Source of the DNA: Piromyces finnis finn
Lineage: Eukaryota; Fungi; Neocallimastigomycota
Assembly: GCA_002104945.1 (NCBI GenBank)
Contig: MCFH01000024.1
Coordinates: forward strand, 1-64,000
Direction of reading: 5' to 3'
Length of the DNA: 64,000 bases
The translations under genes were made by a program, and so were the position numbers. Numbering within the stretch: the first letter of the stretch is position 1; every line of letters begins with the position of its first letter. Below the pieces are notes generated by a model that had not been told where the DNA came from, did no database searches, and saw only the letters and a program-made list of their open reading frames with translations. Positions 39,116-53,810 of this stretch are shown here, in pieces.

Positions 39116-40475
39116 TTTCTTTTTTTTTTAATATCTTAAAAACTTGTATATTTAAAAATTATTTTTTTTCTTAAAAAAAAGTAAAATAGAAAGTAAAAAG
39201 TATAAAGGAAAAAAAGACCTGCATTTATATAGAGTATGTAAAACTTTTTAAGTTTTTTTTTTTCGTTAATTAAAAATTTAATTATAATACAATTAATTTA
39301 ATTTAAATAGAACTATAAATATTTAATATATCAGAAAATATTTAATTAAAAAAAATTTTTTTTTTTTAAATTTAATTATGAAAAGTTACACAAAATAAGA
39401 AATTAAAAATTATGAAAATTTTGATTAATTTTTTTTTATTTTCTTTTTAATGCCAACTTTTAATTTTTATTATTATCTTTTTTTTTTAAAAAAAAAGAAA
39501 GAAAAAACATTAATAAGACTTTATATTTTTCTGTAAATATAATCTTCAAAATAAGAAAAAAGCTTTTATTTAATAAAAAATAATTAAAGTATAGATGCAT
39601 AAATAATGTTTAATTTGATATTTTTGATAATGGCATAAACATGATTTTTTTTTTTTTTTTAAACAAATGTATTTTTACTACATCTTTCCGTTATCATGTT
39701 CCAATAACAATAATTATTTAAATTTATTAATAAATGAAAAGAAATTATTATATATGCATTATTAATTACAATGCATAAAATTTAAAGTATATTTATATAT
39801 TAATATATAATAGCGTAATTCTAATCAAACGGATCAATACAACTACTATGTATCCTATGAAATAATAGTTTAGAGAATTTTTTTTAATTTAAACTTTAAA
39901 ATTTACATTAACCTTTTTTCAATTTTTAGTTTAAAAGTTTAAATAGTTTTACTTTTTTTTTCATTTTTCATTTTTTCTTCTTTAATTAATTCATCTTTTT
40001 CTTTTCTTTTTATTCTAATATAATATAAATAAAAATGGATTTTATTTTTACAATTTTAAAAAAAAAATAAAAAAAATGGAAGATAAAAATATGGATGAAA
40101 TAATTAAAAAAAAGATGAATTAATTAAAAAATAAGAATAAAATGAATTATGAAGGTGAATTTTAAAATTATTAATATATATATACAATAAATAATAAAAT
40201 GTATAAAATTATATTCCATTACATTTTTAATTATTACAATTTAAGAATCATTATTATTACATTACAATTAATATTTATATTATTTTCTTATTTCATTTTT
40301 TGAAAAAAATAAATATTCTGTTATTTCTGTTATTATTATAAAAAAAAAGAAAAAACAAAAATCATTATGCATCAGAAATAAAAATTATTTTTTATTAAAT
40401 ATTAAAAAAACAAAATAAAACAAGTGTTAGAATATAAAAGCATCAAATATATTGAAATATATTGTAATAAATTAA

Positions 40476-43200
40476 ATGTATAAAAGTTACATTAATCTTT
40501 ATAATAGAATTTTTATGAATAATGTGAGTAACGATGATTTTGTAAAAGTTAAAAGAATTATAAATGAAGTCGAAAGCAAAAATATTACTTTGAATGTGAA
40601 TATAGTCGATCGAAAAGGATATTATCCTCTATTAAAAGCTATTGGTAATAAAAATATTTTCCTTATAAAAGCAATAATAGAGTATGCAGAGAGAAAAAAG
40701 ATTACTTTAAAAATTAATCAAAAAAATGATTTTGGAACTAATGCACTTATGCTAGCTACAGATAGAAATAATACTAACATTGTAAGAACACTTATTGAAT
40801 ACGCTAATAAACATAATATTATTTTAAATATCAATGATAAAAATATAGAAGGTGATTACCCATTTTCATTTGCAAGTGTCAATTGTAATGTCAATATTAT
40901 GGATATCCTTATTGATTATGCAAATAAAAATCACATTATTTTGAATATCCAAGATAAAATAAGTCATAAGTTATTATAAGTTATGGTATCCATTTTTAAT
41001 GGCTTCTTATCGTTTTAGTATTGAAGCAGCTAATTTAATTATAGATTATGCTGAAAAAAATAATATTGTTTTAAATATTAATGAAAAAGATTCTGAAAAA
41101 TATACTCCACTATTATGGGCATTTAAAACTCACCAACAAAAAATGATTAAAGTTATTATGGATTATGCTGACAAGCATAATATAATTTTAAATGTCAATG
41201 ATAAAACAGAAGATGATCATTACTCCCAAATTTTATATGCATGTATTATAAATAGAAAAGAGGTCGTTCAAGCATTAATGGATCATGCTGATAAACATAA
41301 TATTAAATTAAACATAAATGATAAAGAAAAACGAAATGGAACAACTCCACTTTTAAAGGCTATTGCTAAAAATAATATTGAAATTGTTAAATTAATTTTT
41401 AATTATGCTGAAAAAAACAACATTATTTTAGAATTAAATGAAAATAATAAACTTGGCGATTATCCCTTATTACATAGTATTAACGCAGATAACAAAGAAA
41501 TTGTTAAATTAATTATGGATTATGCTGATAAACAAAATATTAATTTAAATATTAATAAAAAGAATATAAAAAATTTCATCTACCCATTATTAAAAGCTAT
41601 TGATAATAATAATGATAGTATTGTTTCAATGTTGATGGATTACGCCGAAAAACATTCTATCCTATTGGAGATAAATGATAATAAAGAAAATGGAATATAT
41701 CCATTAGCCTGGTCTATCGTAAGAAATAATTACAAAATATTTAAATTACTTTTAGATTATGCCAAAAAACATCAAATATTCATGATTCTCTATGAAAAAG
41801 ATATCCAAAAATTCTTCTCAACAGATAAATATTGTATAAAATCAATCAATGATATTGATGCAAACATTATTGAAGTGTTATATGAAAATCATAATAATGG
41901 TAAAATGAAACTTGTATTCAATGGAAATAGTATACTTTCTAAACGATTAATGGATTGTAAAGCCAAAAGAGATGCCGAAAATAGAAACACAGTTAATAAT
42001 AGTCCATCTTCATGTTCCCAAATAACTACTAAGGAATCAGAAAAAAATGATGGTATAAATGATCTTGTTGTTGTATTATATGATTTTAATGGAATTCATT
42101 CAGATGAGTTAACGATACATAAGGGTGATTATCTTGTAGTTACCAATTGGAATTTCAAAAATGGTTGGGCGTATGGATATAAAAAGGATGATCCACAAAC
42201 CAAAGGATTATTCCCATTTACTATGATTAGTCCATGTAATAATAAAGATAATAAGGGTATGTTACTTTTTATTTAGATATAATTTTTTTTTATATTTTTT
42301 TTATAATTTTTTTTGATTTATTTATATATAGTTTTTTAAAATAAGTTTTAATCAAAATAACTTTATATATATTTCCTCCTATCTTTTCAAATTATTCTCT
42401 TTATATATATATTAATAAATCCAAAAATATATAATAATTTAATAGATCAAGAAAAATGTGATAACCAAAATAATACTAATCAAAGCAATAATAACGATCA
42501 AAGTAATGAAGATGATAGTTTATTACCATCCTATGAAGAAAGTAATAATTTATTAAATAATATTAATGCGACAACACCAACGCTGAACCCAACGACAACA
42601 TCACCTCCAGTAAGCTCAAACCCATACCAAAATGGAAATTTATACTATATTATAAAAAATCCACAATATCAAACCTATCCATCTCCTCCCACTCAACAAC
42701 CAATAACAGCAAACCAACCCTATGGGGCTCCTCCATCAAATCCAAATTATGTTATTTCATCCCTTCCTTCCTATTCATCTTTTCCTTCCCAACCACCAAT
42801 GATATATCATCCACCAATTCCACAACAGCCACATGTTCCAAGCAATTCACCGATTCCACAACAACCACCTGTTCCAAGCAATCCACCGATTCCACAACAA
42901 CCACAATTAATATACAATCAAATTCCTCCTTCCCAACAACCCGTAATATATTATCAAACACCATCCCAACAACCAATAATATATTATCAAACTACGCCAT
43001 CTCAACACCCAATAGTATATTATCCAATTCCACCACAACAACCACCAGCCTCTTATCAAACTTCTCCACCACAACAACCTTCAGCACCAGTCTCTTATCA
43101 GGCTACAACTCAACAACCAGTGGCAGCCTGTCAAACTCCAACTCAACATTCTGTAGCTCCTTACCAAACGCCAACCCAACAACCAGTAGCTCCTTATTAA
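40476..43200 (+). CDS. Ankyrin repeats + SH3 + Pro/Gln-rich tail; frameshifted at ~40965-40984; intron 42257-42445
   Basis: About 10 repeats of the YPLLKAI..NN..IVKLI.DYA.K type. SH3: VVVLYDFNGIHSDELTIHKGDYLVV..GWAYG..GLFP. A GT-AG intron joins in frame to the PQQP-rich exon ending at 43200. Confidence 0.85.
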
Positions 43201-44408
43201 ACTCTTTTCGAATAACATGTTACATAAAATTTAAAGGTAGTAATTCTGCTAATTATTTATCCAGTAATAATATGATATTGTTAAATAAAAGATGAATAAG
43301 AATAAAAAAATGTAAATACATTAAAAACTATAAATAAATATTTTCCTTTTCTTAGTTATTCGTCTTGATTAAGATCTAGAGAATTATTATAAATTAAATA
43401 AATTATTCCTATTCCTCTTTTTTTCACTATTTCTTTTATTCATTCAATAAATAAAAAATAAACTTATTTCTATAATTATATAAAAAATAAAAATCTAAAA
43501 ATTGAAATAAAATATAAAATAAATCAAAGTTTTTTTTTTTAAAAAATCAAAAAATACAATATATATAAATATATGTATTTATATTTCATTTCTTTGTGTT
43601 AATTCTCTCTTTCCATGATATTGATTTATTACTAATAAAATAATTATTAATATTTTTTAAAAACTTTTTAAAAATATTAAAATTTTGATTAGTTCAATAG
43701 AATAATTAAACTTTTACCATTTTTCATTCCTCTTTTTATTTATTGGATTAAAATTATTATTAAAATTCTCATTAAACATGGAAAGAAAAAGTTTATTTAA
43801 TAAAAGAAAAAAAAAAAAAAAGATTACTACTTTTATTATTATTTTATTATAAAATATTTATTTATAACTAATAAATTGTTTTAAATAAAAAAAAAAAAAA
43901 GAATATTTAATTTATTACTTTTTACAATTTATAATATCTATATTTTTTTTATTATATTTTTAAGTCTATGTCTATTATTTTTATTTTTATAAATTAACTT
44001 AAAATAAAAACATTGATGGAATATATACTTAATATTATTGAATACATATCTAACAATATTAGCTAATATATACATATTTATACTTTAATTTCTATTAAAA
44101 GATAATAATTAATTTTTAACATTATAAATTTAACATATATAACAGGTGCCTAAGCTATCATAGTAAATTTATAAACATGAAATATATTATCATTAACATA
44201 ATAATATTAATATTAATATATGTATATAGATAAATATGAAAAATGATGAATACATAATATTTTAATGAATAATATATTATATATATTATATTTTTGTTGT
44301 TGTGGTTGTTGCTACTGTTTTTCCTTTCTAAATTATTTTTTTTTTTTAATTCATCTTTTGGGGAAATGTTGAATCACCTCCATTAAATTAACATTAAAAC
44401 TATTGGTT

Positions 44409-45608
44409 TTATTTATAATTATAATAAGTTAAAGTATTTGTATTAGGTTTTGGATTTAAAAGTTCTTTGTCATTTGATAATTGATCACTATAGATGATAT
44501 TATTATTATGGGAAGGTAAAGGTATTTCCATTTGATTTGATTCATAATTATTAGAAACGTTGGTTGTATTTTGACTTTTATTATTTGAATAACCATTAGT
44601 ATAAATACTAGCATGACTACCTGAATATCCACTAGTATGACTATGAGTATTAGAAGTCATTTTTGATGATTTTTGTTTTTCTATATAAAATTTTAACATT
44701 ACTTGATCTATATACATAAAGGTATAACTAAAATTTAAAATTAATGTTCGTATTGGATCAATTCTTGAATCATTTACCATATCATTAAGAGCTTTTATTT
44801 TCTGTTCATCATCGTATGACCTTGTTGTTCTATTAAAATGAAAAACATAAATAGCATAAGTAAATATTAATGGTATTCCACACAAGGTAACAATAATAGA
44901 AAAAATAATACGATATTCAGAAATTTGTTTGAACTTTTTTAAGAAAGAATTTCCACCTTTACTTAATAAATTAATTCCTTGTTTATCAATAAAAACATTT
45001 TTTCTGAGAGCTATTAAAACAGAAAGATCATAGGCCAAACTACATACTTGTTGTAATGCTACATTTGTCCATTTATTTGCTTTATATTTAGCCATGTCTA
45101 ATGTATAATAGGCACTTTTTGTTTTTTCATCTGCTTGATCATAACCCTCACGAAAAGGAATATAGGATAAATAGGTATAAATTTGAGCACATTTTACTAA
45201 ATTGTAAATTAAACATGTAATAAATACCCATCTTATTTTTTTGGTATTTCTTATGATAGCTTTTGTTCTAATTAAAAGATACCAATCACCAATAATTTCA
45301 CTTAAATGCCATAATATACCAGCAATACCATAGGTATTCAACCATTGTGAATTACCATAAGGCCATAATTTTTCATAGTCTCTTTCACGTACTTTTAAGC
45401 TTCTTTCAAGCATATCACCTATACATCTTAATAAATAATGCAACACCATAAGAACAATAATAGGTCTTTTCCAATTTTTATAAGTTAATAAAAGTATTAA
45501 ACAGGTCCAAGGGAAAAACTCACTAACAATTAACTGAGTAAAAGATACTTGATATTGATCAAAGCCTCGGCTTTGAAAAAGACTTTTCATTGAAAGTAAA
45601 CTTGGCAT
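44409..45608 (-). CDS. 7-transmembrane GPCR-like membrane protein, 399 aa
   Basis: About seven hydrophobic segments by eye, short N-terminus, Ser/Asn-rich cytoplasmic-type tail; intronless ORF. The GPCR-like label is inferred from topology only. Confidence 0.7.
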   Translation of the reverse strand: MPSLLSMKSLFQSRGFDQYQVSFTQLIVSEFFPWTCLILLLTYKNWKRPIIVLMVLHYLLRCIGDMLERSLKVRERDYEKLWPYGNSQWLNTYGIAGILWHLSEIIGDWYLLIRTKAIIRNTKKIRWVFITCLIYNLVKCAQIYTYLSYIPFREGYDQADEKTKSAYYTLDMAKYKANKWTNVALQQVCSLAYDLSVLIALRKNVFIDKQGINLLSKGGNSFLKKFKQISEYRIIFSIIVTLCGIPLIFTYAIYVFHFNRTTRSYDDEQKIKALNDMVNDSRIDPIRTLILNFSYTFMYIDQVMLKFYIEKQKSSKMTSNTHSHTSGYSGSHASIYTNGYSNNKSQNTTNVSNNYESNQMEIPLPSHNNNIIYSDQLSNDKELLNPKPNTNTLTYYNYK

Positions 45609-48600
45609 TTTTTTATTTTTATTTTATTATAGATTAATGACTATTGATAATTATAATTATAATTATAATTATTTATATACAATATAATAGATTAATAATA
45701 TCTATATTTTTTTATACGATAATTTTTTTTTTATTATAGTTAGTTTTGTTGTTTTTGCTGTTATTGACATTGATATCCTTTAATAAATAGTATTATTGAC
45801 ATTACAATATATTTTTTGTTTTTTTATATATGCATGTATATTTAAAACTAACACGTTACTTAAAAATAGTTTTTACTTAATAATAAAATAGAAAGGTATT
45901 TAAAAAAAAAAAAAGAAAATATGAAAAGGTATTTAACTTTCTTTTTATATCAAATACCATTTTTACCGCTGTTTCCTTATATTTTGTTAGTCAACTACCT
46001 TTCCAATAACAAATAAAAAAACAATGGAATAATTAAAAATAAAATTAAAAATTTAATTAAATATATTAAAAATTAGGAAAATCAATTTTAAAGAAAATTT
46101 AATTAAAAATCTTAAACTCTATTTATTATTAAATTATATATAATTAATACCCAATTGTATACATCAATTCTAATCCAATTCATAATATAAAACAATAGAT
46201 TCATTGATTCATTATAGTAAAAGACATCCAATAATAATATTGATCAAATTATGGATTTATGTAATTGTTTTTTATGCTTTAATAATAGTCCTTATAGTAG
46301 ATTCAAAAAAGTTTACTTTTATTAAATTATAAATTATATCATATCATATAATTTTTTATTTCTATTACATATTATTTTCTAGAGCATTAAAATAATAATA
46401 ATAATAAATCAATAGAAGGAAAAAAAAAAGTTTTATTACAAATAACTTTTAATTAAAAAATTATTAAATAAGATATGCGTGTAACATTAATAAACGTTAT
46501 ATTTTTAATTTATATATATTAAATTTATATTAAAAATAAATATAATTTAAGTTCTTTGCGATTTTCAAAATAATTATTAAATAAACCATGGGTTTTTTTA
46601 ATGTTGGTTGAAAGAAAAAAAATTAAAAGAAAAAAAAAATAGTTATCGTAAAAGAAATTAAAGATGAATATTAATGGAATTAAATATAGAAAAATACAAG
46701 AATTGAATTTCTTTTACTAATAATGAATATACTTGAATATACTTATGAATCGTGATTATTATTATATACATATAAACAATAATAATAATTACTATTTTTA
46801 TGTATATAATAATTATGTTTATTCATCCTTTTATTTTTAATTTTGAAATATTTAATATTCAATCCATATTAATTCTTATTATTATAAAATTATAAATATT
46901 ATTCAGACTTAGTATTGGTAATCTATGCTTTATAGTTATATTATTTATATATCCCTTTTTATATTAAATTATTAAGTAATAATAATTTTTTTTTTTTTTT
47001 TTTTAGTATTACGATATTTAAAAATAATATAATTCTTAGTTATTAAGAGAGGATTATTATCATTATTTTATATTAGAAAAGAATTTTTTGAATGTTAAAC
47101 TCTAACCAAGAGAGGTGACTGGAGAAAAGATTACAAAAAAGCTATTATATTACTTTTTTAAAATAGAAAACTTTTAAAATTAATTTTAGATAATTTAAAA
47201 AAATTTTTTTTTTATAATTGACTTTTTTTTTTTTTAACAATAAATATTGTATAATTTTAAAAAAATGTCACTTGTAATTATTCAACACTAATACAATTTT
47301 TAATAGAATAAATAGAAATTTAGGACTAAAGCATAGAATTAATTTAATAATTACTTCATCTTCATATATTAGTTATTTTATAAAAAATATTGAGAAAACC
47401 CTCATCAATAGTTAAAGTTTTCCTATTTGGGATAACTTTAAAGTCAAATATTATAATACTAATTTATGGAATAATTATTTGTTGTTTTTAAAATATTTTA
47501 CTAAATATTTTTTTTAAACATTAAATCTTTAATATCGTCAATTAAAATATAGGGAATTTTTTTTTTTTTTTTTAATAGATATTTAAAAAAAAAACAATAG
47601 TAATTAATCAATTTTAATAAACCAATATATTTTTTTTTTTATTATTTAATGATTTCTTACCAAATTCTTATTCATTTGGTTAATTAACATCTATTGCATC
47701 TATTACATTATATAAATATATAATCATTGTCCATCCATAAAAAAAAAGTAAAATTAAAATTGTAACCCAAAAAAATATAAATATATATGTTTATATTTTC
47801 AAATATAAACATATATATATATATAAAGAAAAGAAAAATTTTAAAGTTGCGGAATGAGTTTAATTCTAAAAATTATAAAAATAAGATTTTTTTTTTTTTA
47901 TGGAATATTATGAAAAAGTTAGTTATTATCAAATACAAGTAGTATTGAATAATTATTATTTAAGTAAAAAAAAAGATTACACATAAATACATCTTATTAT
48001 TTTATGTTATTGAATTTTATGAATTTTATACACTTATCATTACTATTATTACTCAATATGATATATCAATTTTATTATTATTATTTTTTTGTATCTTAAT
48101 TCTACATTTATTAATTTTTTTTTCTAAATGGTAGATAAGTAATCATTTAACAATCTAATCATCATTTATTATTATTAATTATTTATATAATATTTAAAGT
48201 TTTTTTAATCCCATATACTTTAAAATTTTAAAAATAATGCAATGGCGCTTTTTTTTTTAAAAAAAAAAACACTTTAATATATTTTTCAATAATAATTTAT
48301 ATGCTGCATTATATAAATGATAATAATATTAAATGATGTTTTTATGTTTATATAAATTAACATTTAATCAAATATATAATACATAATTTTGGTTTTTCTT
48401 AACACCGCAGTAGCAACATAATCTCCTTATTTTTTAATTGAAATGATGATGAATCTATATTTAGAAAAATGTTTTAAAGATAATTGTTTTTAATAATAAA
48501 TCTTAAATTTATATAATAAAACATTTTCTTTACAATTATTTTTTTTTTATTTTTTCCAATTTAATAATAAATATTTAAAAAAAAAACATTTTAAAGAATA

Positions 48601-49182
48601 AAAAAAATATATATATTTATACATTATTTTATTTTAAATCTAAATTTATTTAAAGTTAATTATTTTTTTAAAAAAATAAAATAAAATTATGTATATTAAA
48701 AAAGAATAAGGAATTTTAATTTTTATAATTTATATATGATTTATATATATATACTTTGTAATATTAACGATTTTTTAATTCTAGAACAAATACATTCAAA
48801 TATATATACTTTTTTTTTTCTTTTTTTTTTTAACCAAAAAACTTTTATAATTTAAAAGATATTAATATTTTTAATTATAATATAAAATATTGTATTTTTA
48901 TTTTATTTTTTTTTTATAAAATATTATAAAGTAAAATTCGGAAAATATTTATTACTATAAAATTAATTAAAAATTGATTTAAAATTTTTAAACTTAATTA
49001 CCCTGCATTATTTTTTTTTATTATATAAAGAAAAGAAATCTGCTTTATCTAATTTGATTTTTCTATAAAAATTATAATATAGAAAAAGGAATTAATATTT
49101 TAGTTCTTTTAAAAATAAAAATTATAGATTTTTTTTTAATAAATAAATATATATAAAAAAAATTTTTTTCTTTTTGAAAAAA

Positions 49183-50876
49183 ATGAAATTCTTTTCATCC
49201 GCCTCTCTTTTATCATTAGCTCTATTAGCATCTAGTGTTACAGCTAGATGGAAAGCAACTCCAGGTCTTACTTGGGATTATCTTCTTGGTGCATCATACC
49301 AAGTAATGTAAGTAAAAAAAAAAAAGATAATTTTTATTTCTGAAAATTTTATAAAAAATTTTTAATATCTCAAAAAAAAAAAAAAATTAATAGTAAAAAT
49401 AAAATTTAAAAATAAATTAATATATTACTATTTATACCTATAATAATAATTTTTTTATAAAGTGAAGAAAGTGATAAAGATGTTGTTACTATTAATGTTT
49501 CATTAGCTGAAAAATATGCTTCTTATTTCCATAATAAAGGTCAAAGAGTAGTTTGTTATTTCTCAGGTGGTACAACTGAAAATCGTGATGATAAGGAAGA
49601 TTATGAAAAAGCTGGATTAGTATTAAAAGGTGGAAATGATGATGGATGGGGTAATAATTGGCTTGATGTTAAGAATAAAGCTAAACTTCAACCATTAATT
49701 AGAAGACGTTTACAAAAAGCATATAATTCAGGATGTGATGCTGTCGAAGTTGATTGTCTTGATATTTATCATTATCGTCCAGAATATACAAAAGAAGATA
49801 CTTTTGTATTTGCAAAATGGGTTGCTGAAACCGCTCATGAAGAAAATATTTCAATTGGTCTTAAGAACCTTTCATCTCTTGTTCCAAGATTAGAACCATA
49901 CTATGATTTTGCTATCGTTGAAAGTTGCTCTGCCTACACTAATGAATGTAACTATTTCAAACAATTTACTGATAATAACAAGGCTGTATTTGTAGTACAC
50001 TACGGAAATCTCGGATATAAGCTTTCAGGTTCAATTTTAAATCAATTAATTAGAGAACAAAGTGGTAAACGTTTCTCTTGTGTTATTAGTGATCATCAAT
50101 ATTTAAGAAACCATTGTACTAATTACAATTGTGATACTGGTGCTGTTATTGGTAAAAATAATAATAAAAAGAAATACTTTATATTTTTCCTAAATTTATA
50201 AAAGTTATAATAAAGCCTATAATAAATTATAATGATATAAAATAAATATAATCTTATTAATGTTATATATATATATATTTATTTAAATAATCAATATTAA
50301 ATTAAAATAAAAAAAATAATAGTTGGAAGAAGTAAATCAACTACTACTACTAAGAAGACCACTACTACTACTAAGAAGACCACCACTACTACCAAGAAAA
50401 CTACCACCACTACTAAGAAGACTACTACTACTACAAAGAAAGCTACCTCTACTTCTGCTCCAAATACCTCTGGTAAATGTGGTCCAGGTATTGGAAGCTG
50501 TGTTACTGGATGCTGTAGTAAATATGGTTACTGTGGTACAAATTCTGACTATTGTGGAGCTGGTTGTCAAATAGGTTATGGTGATTGTAGATGTGGTAAT
50601 GTTAGTAGTAATGGAAAGACTATAAACTATGGTAGTTGCCCAAGTGGTTATTGCTGTAGTCAAAAGGGTTACTGTGGTACAACTATCTCCTATTGTGGAA
50701 ATAGTTGTCAATCCGAATTCGGTACTTGCAGATGTGGTAATATCACTGTAAGTGGAAAGGTATACAATTACGGTAAATGTTCAAGTGGTTACTGTTGTAG
50801 TCAAAAAGGATATTGTGGTAAAACAAGTTCATTCTGTGGAGCTAACTGCCAATCTAGTTTTGGCAAATGTAATTAA
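49183..50876 (+). CDS. Secreted GH114 (polygalactosaminidase-like) + Thr/Lys linker + 3x CBM18; exons 49183-49307, 49463-50151, 50323-50876; ~455 aa
   Basis: Signal MKFFSSASLLSLALLASSVTA. GH114-type motifs TWDYLL, VVCYFSGGTTE, GCDAVEVDCLD, SIGLKN and DFAIVESC. TTTTKK repeats, then three CC..GYCG...CG..CQ..FG.C modules. Total 1368 nt, in frame. Confidence 0.9.
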
Positions 50877-51310
50877 TAATTTTAATTCTATTTTTTTTAC
50901 CCAGCATTCGTTGTAAATAAAATAAACCTTTATTGAATTATTTCAATTATTAATTAATTAATAAATAATAAGTAAATAATAAATATAGTAAATAGCAAAT
51001 TCATGTATATATACATATTAAAACAATTGTATTAAAGAAATAAACTTGATATATTTTTAAAAATAATAATTAATCTATATAAATATCTTTTTTTTTCTTT
51101 ATTACTATTATGTGTTTCATAAAGGCAATATTTAAAAAATAATATTTTTTAGTATTGAATAAATATAAAAGTTTTTCAGGAAAAAAAAAATTAATAATAC
51201 TGTATTATTATTATTATTTTATATATACATATAGTTTTTATTTTTATTTTTATTTAATAAGTAATATATATACATATATTTTTTCTGGACTAATTTTATA
51301 AAATTGAATA

Positions 51311-53810
51311 TATGAAGAGTCATAATCCTAAGAAGGCCTGGAAATGGATCAAAAAAACTGCAAAAATTGGAAAAGATTCTTTCTTTATTGCTCAACCAAT
51401 TGAAAATAAAAATGGAGAATTAGTTGTTGCTACGGAAGAACAACTAGAAGTGTGGCATGATCATTTCGAAAATCTTGCATCAGATCCAAGGGGTGTAAGT
51501 CTTGATTTGGAGCATTGGTATGAAGAACCAACGAATAAACGTTTTTCACTCCCTATGCTTGATGAATGGGATATCAATCAAGATATTAGTATTGATGAAG
51601 TCAAGTCAGTTATCCTCTTTACTCCAAATTATAAAGCATCAGGTCCAGATGGTATTCCAATTGAATTTTACAAAGCATTAATTCCATCAAATAATGATTC
51701 TAATAATGCTACAGGTAATAATTCTTCCGGTAATACCACTTCAGATAATGATGCTCATGGTTTAAATTTTATTCTTAAATTATTCAACCGTATTTGGGAT
51801 GGAGATTTCCCCAGCTCTTGGAATGAATCCAGTATTGTTTCTATTCCTAAGAAGGGAGATTTGATAGATTGTGATAACTATCGAGGTATATCACTTATCA
51901 ATAATGGTATTAAGTTGATTTCAAAAATTGTCACCACTAGAATCTCAGAATATGGTCTAAAGAATAATTTCATTAGACCTGAACAATTTGGTTTTCGAAA
52001 AAATGAAGAAAGTATTAGACTTTTCATTTCGATCCAAGAAATATGCCGTAGACGTCAATTAGATAATAAAGAGACATATTTGGCCTTTTTAGATCTCAGG
52101 AAAGCATACGATTCAGTCCCAATCGGTAATATTCTCCATAAATTAGATTGTTTAGGAATCCGAGGTAAGAGTTTACAATTCATCAAAAATTTATATTTAA
52201 CATCTAAGGCTAATGTCAAATTAGATGGACAATTCTCGAAATCTTTTGATGTGAAGAAAGGAGTCCGTCAAGGTTGCCCACTTTCGCCTATTCTCTTTAA
52301 TTTCTTTATTAATGATATATTTAAAGAGTGCGAAGATCTAGGAGTCAGTTTAGGTGACACTCGATACTGTGGTGGACTTTTTGCAGATGATATAGTTATT
52401 TGTGCTCCAACAAGAGGATGCTTAAAAAAGATGCTTAGAAGAGTTAATGGATGGGCATTGTATAATGAAATGGAATTTGGTATCCAGAAATGTTCAACGA
52501 TGGTGATTCGTCCTGAATCTATAGAAAATCAGAACAAGAGAGATCCAACATTTTACTTAGCAGGACAACCCATTCCAACTACTGACTGCTACACTTATCT
52601 TGGTGTTCCATTTAATAAGAATCTGTCCCTTAAACCAGTTATTAAAGCTCTTAATAACAAGGTTTTGAAAGGACTCTTTTCAGTCAGTAAATTCTTAAGA
52701 AATCCTAATATTCCTATTCCTTACAAAAAACTAGTACTTAACTCACAAGTGATTAGCAGAGTTTCATACTTTGCACTATTACTTGGATCCAACAAAGCTA
52801 GGTCTAGGATTGCTCAGAAGTATGTTAATAAAGGAATACGATGGGTTGCCGGAGTTCATAAAGCTGTATCGTTTATATCTTTGTACTCTATCTCAAAAGA
52901 TTTGAATATTCCTCCATTGTCAGCCAAATGTGCGTTAGCTCAGGTTAGATGTTTTAACAAATGGAAAAACTCGAATTGTATTATCTCACACCTTGTCAAT
53001 TACATTCCTAAATTTAGAAAATACACGTGGTGCAAATCAAGTAGGACACTTGATAAAAAATTAAAGAAGCATGGAGATGTTAAAGCAGTTAAAAACTTTT
53101 ATTGGAAAGATCTCAAAGGAAAATCAATCAAAGCGCAATACTATGACGATAATAAATTTATTGAAACTAAAGACTTTATCAAATTATGTTATGAATACCC
53201 AGAGTTTGCCTATGGCTTCTACTGGCTATTGAAAGCAAGAAGCGGATACAAGTTGGATGCTAGAGTTGCAAAAGCTGCTAAATTTGTTGATCCAGTTTGT
53301 CCTAACTTCTGTCCATGTTGCAAGTATGGTGTTCAAAGTATTAAGCATTGGTTATTAGATTGTCCAACATTTAGAGATATCCGTATTAAACATTATGATT
53401 CCATAGTCCAGCTATTAAATTTTACAGTCAACGTAATTCCAACAGTCCTATCAATAATATAGAAAATGTTAATAACAGTAGTGATAGTAATAATATTAAT
53501 AGTAATAGTAACAATAGTAGTAATAATAATTACAATAGTAATAATAACAATAGTAATTAGAAATAATAATATTAGTAATGATATTAGTAATGATAGTAAT
53601 AGTGAAGATATTAATTCTAATTTAGATAGTAATTTAGTTAATGATAGTAATAGTTCTAATAATCCGGTGAATATAAATTTGATATATTTATCATTAATAT
53701 TATAAAATGATTTTTTAATAGTATTAAATAATTTAACAAACAAATTGTTATAGAAAGTATTTTACTATGAATTTGTTACTATTGTCATTATAAAAAGTTG
53801 ATTATTTATT
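51311..53810 (+). mobile_element. 5'-truncated LINE: intact 716-aa RT + CCHC zinc knuckle, no endonuclease domain
   Basis: KASGPDGIP, YRGISL, QFGFR, FLDLRKAYDSV, GVRQGCPLSP, LFADD, YLGV and CPCCKYGVQSIKHWLLDC, followed by an Asn/Ser-rich degenerate tail. The right boundary is tentative and rests on a candidate TSD AAATTGAATA at 51301-51310 and 53811-53820. Confidence 0.92.

Noticed and set aside
50323-50711. ORFs 50323..50574 (+) and 50337..50711 (-)
   Set aside because: Wrong frame or antisense of GH114 exon 3.
53393-53743. ORFs 53466..53705 (+) and 53393..53743 (-)
   Set aside because: Low-complexity AAT/AGT tail of the LINE, not independent genes.
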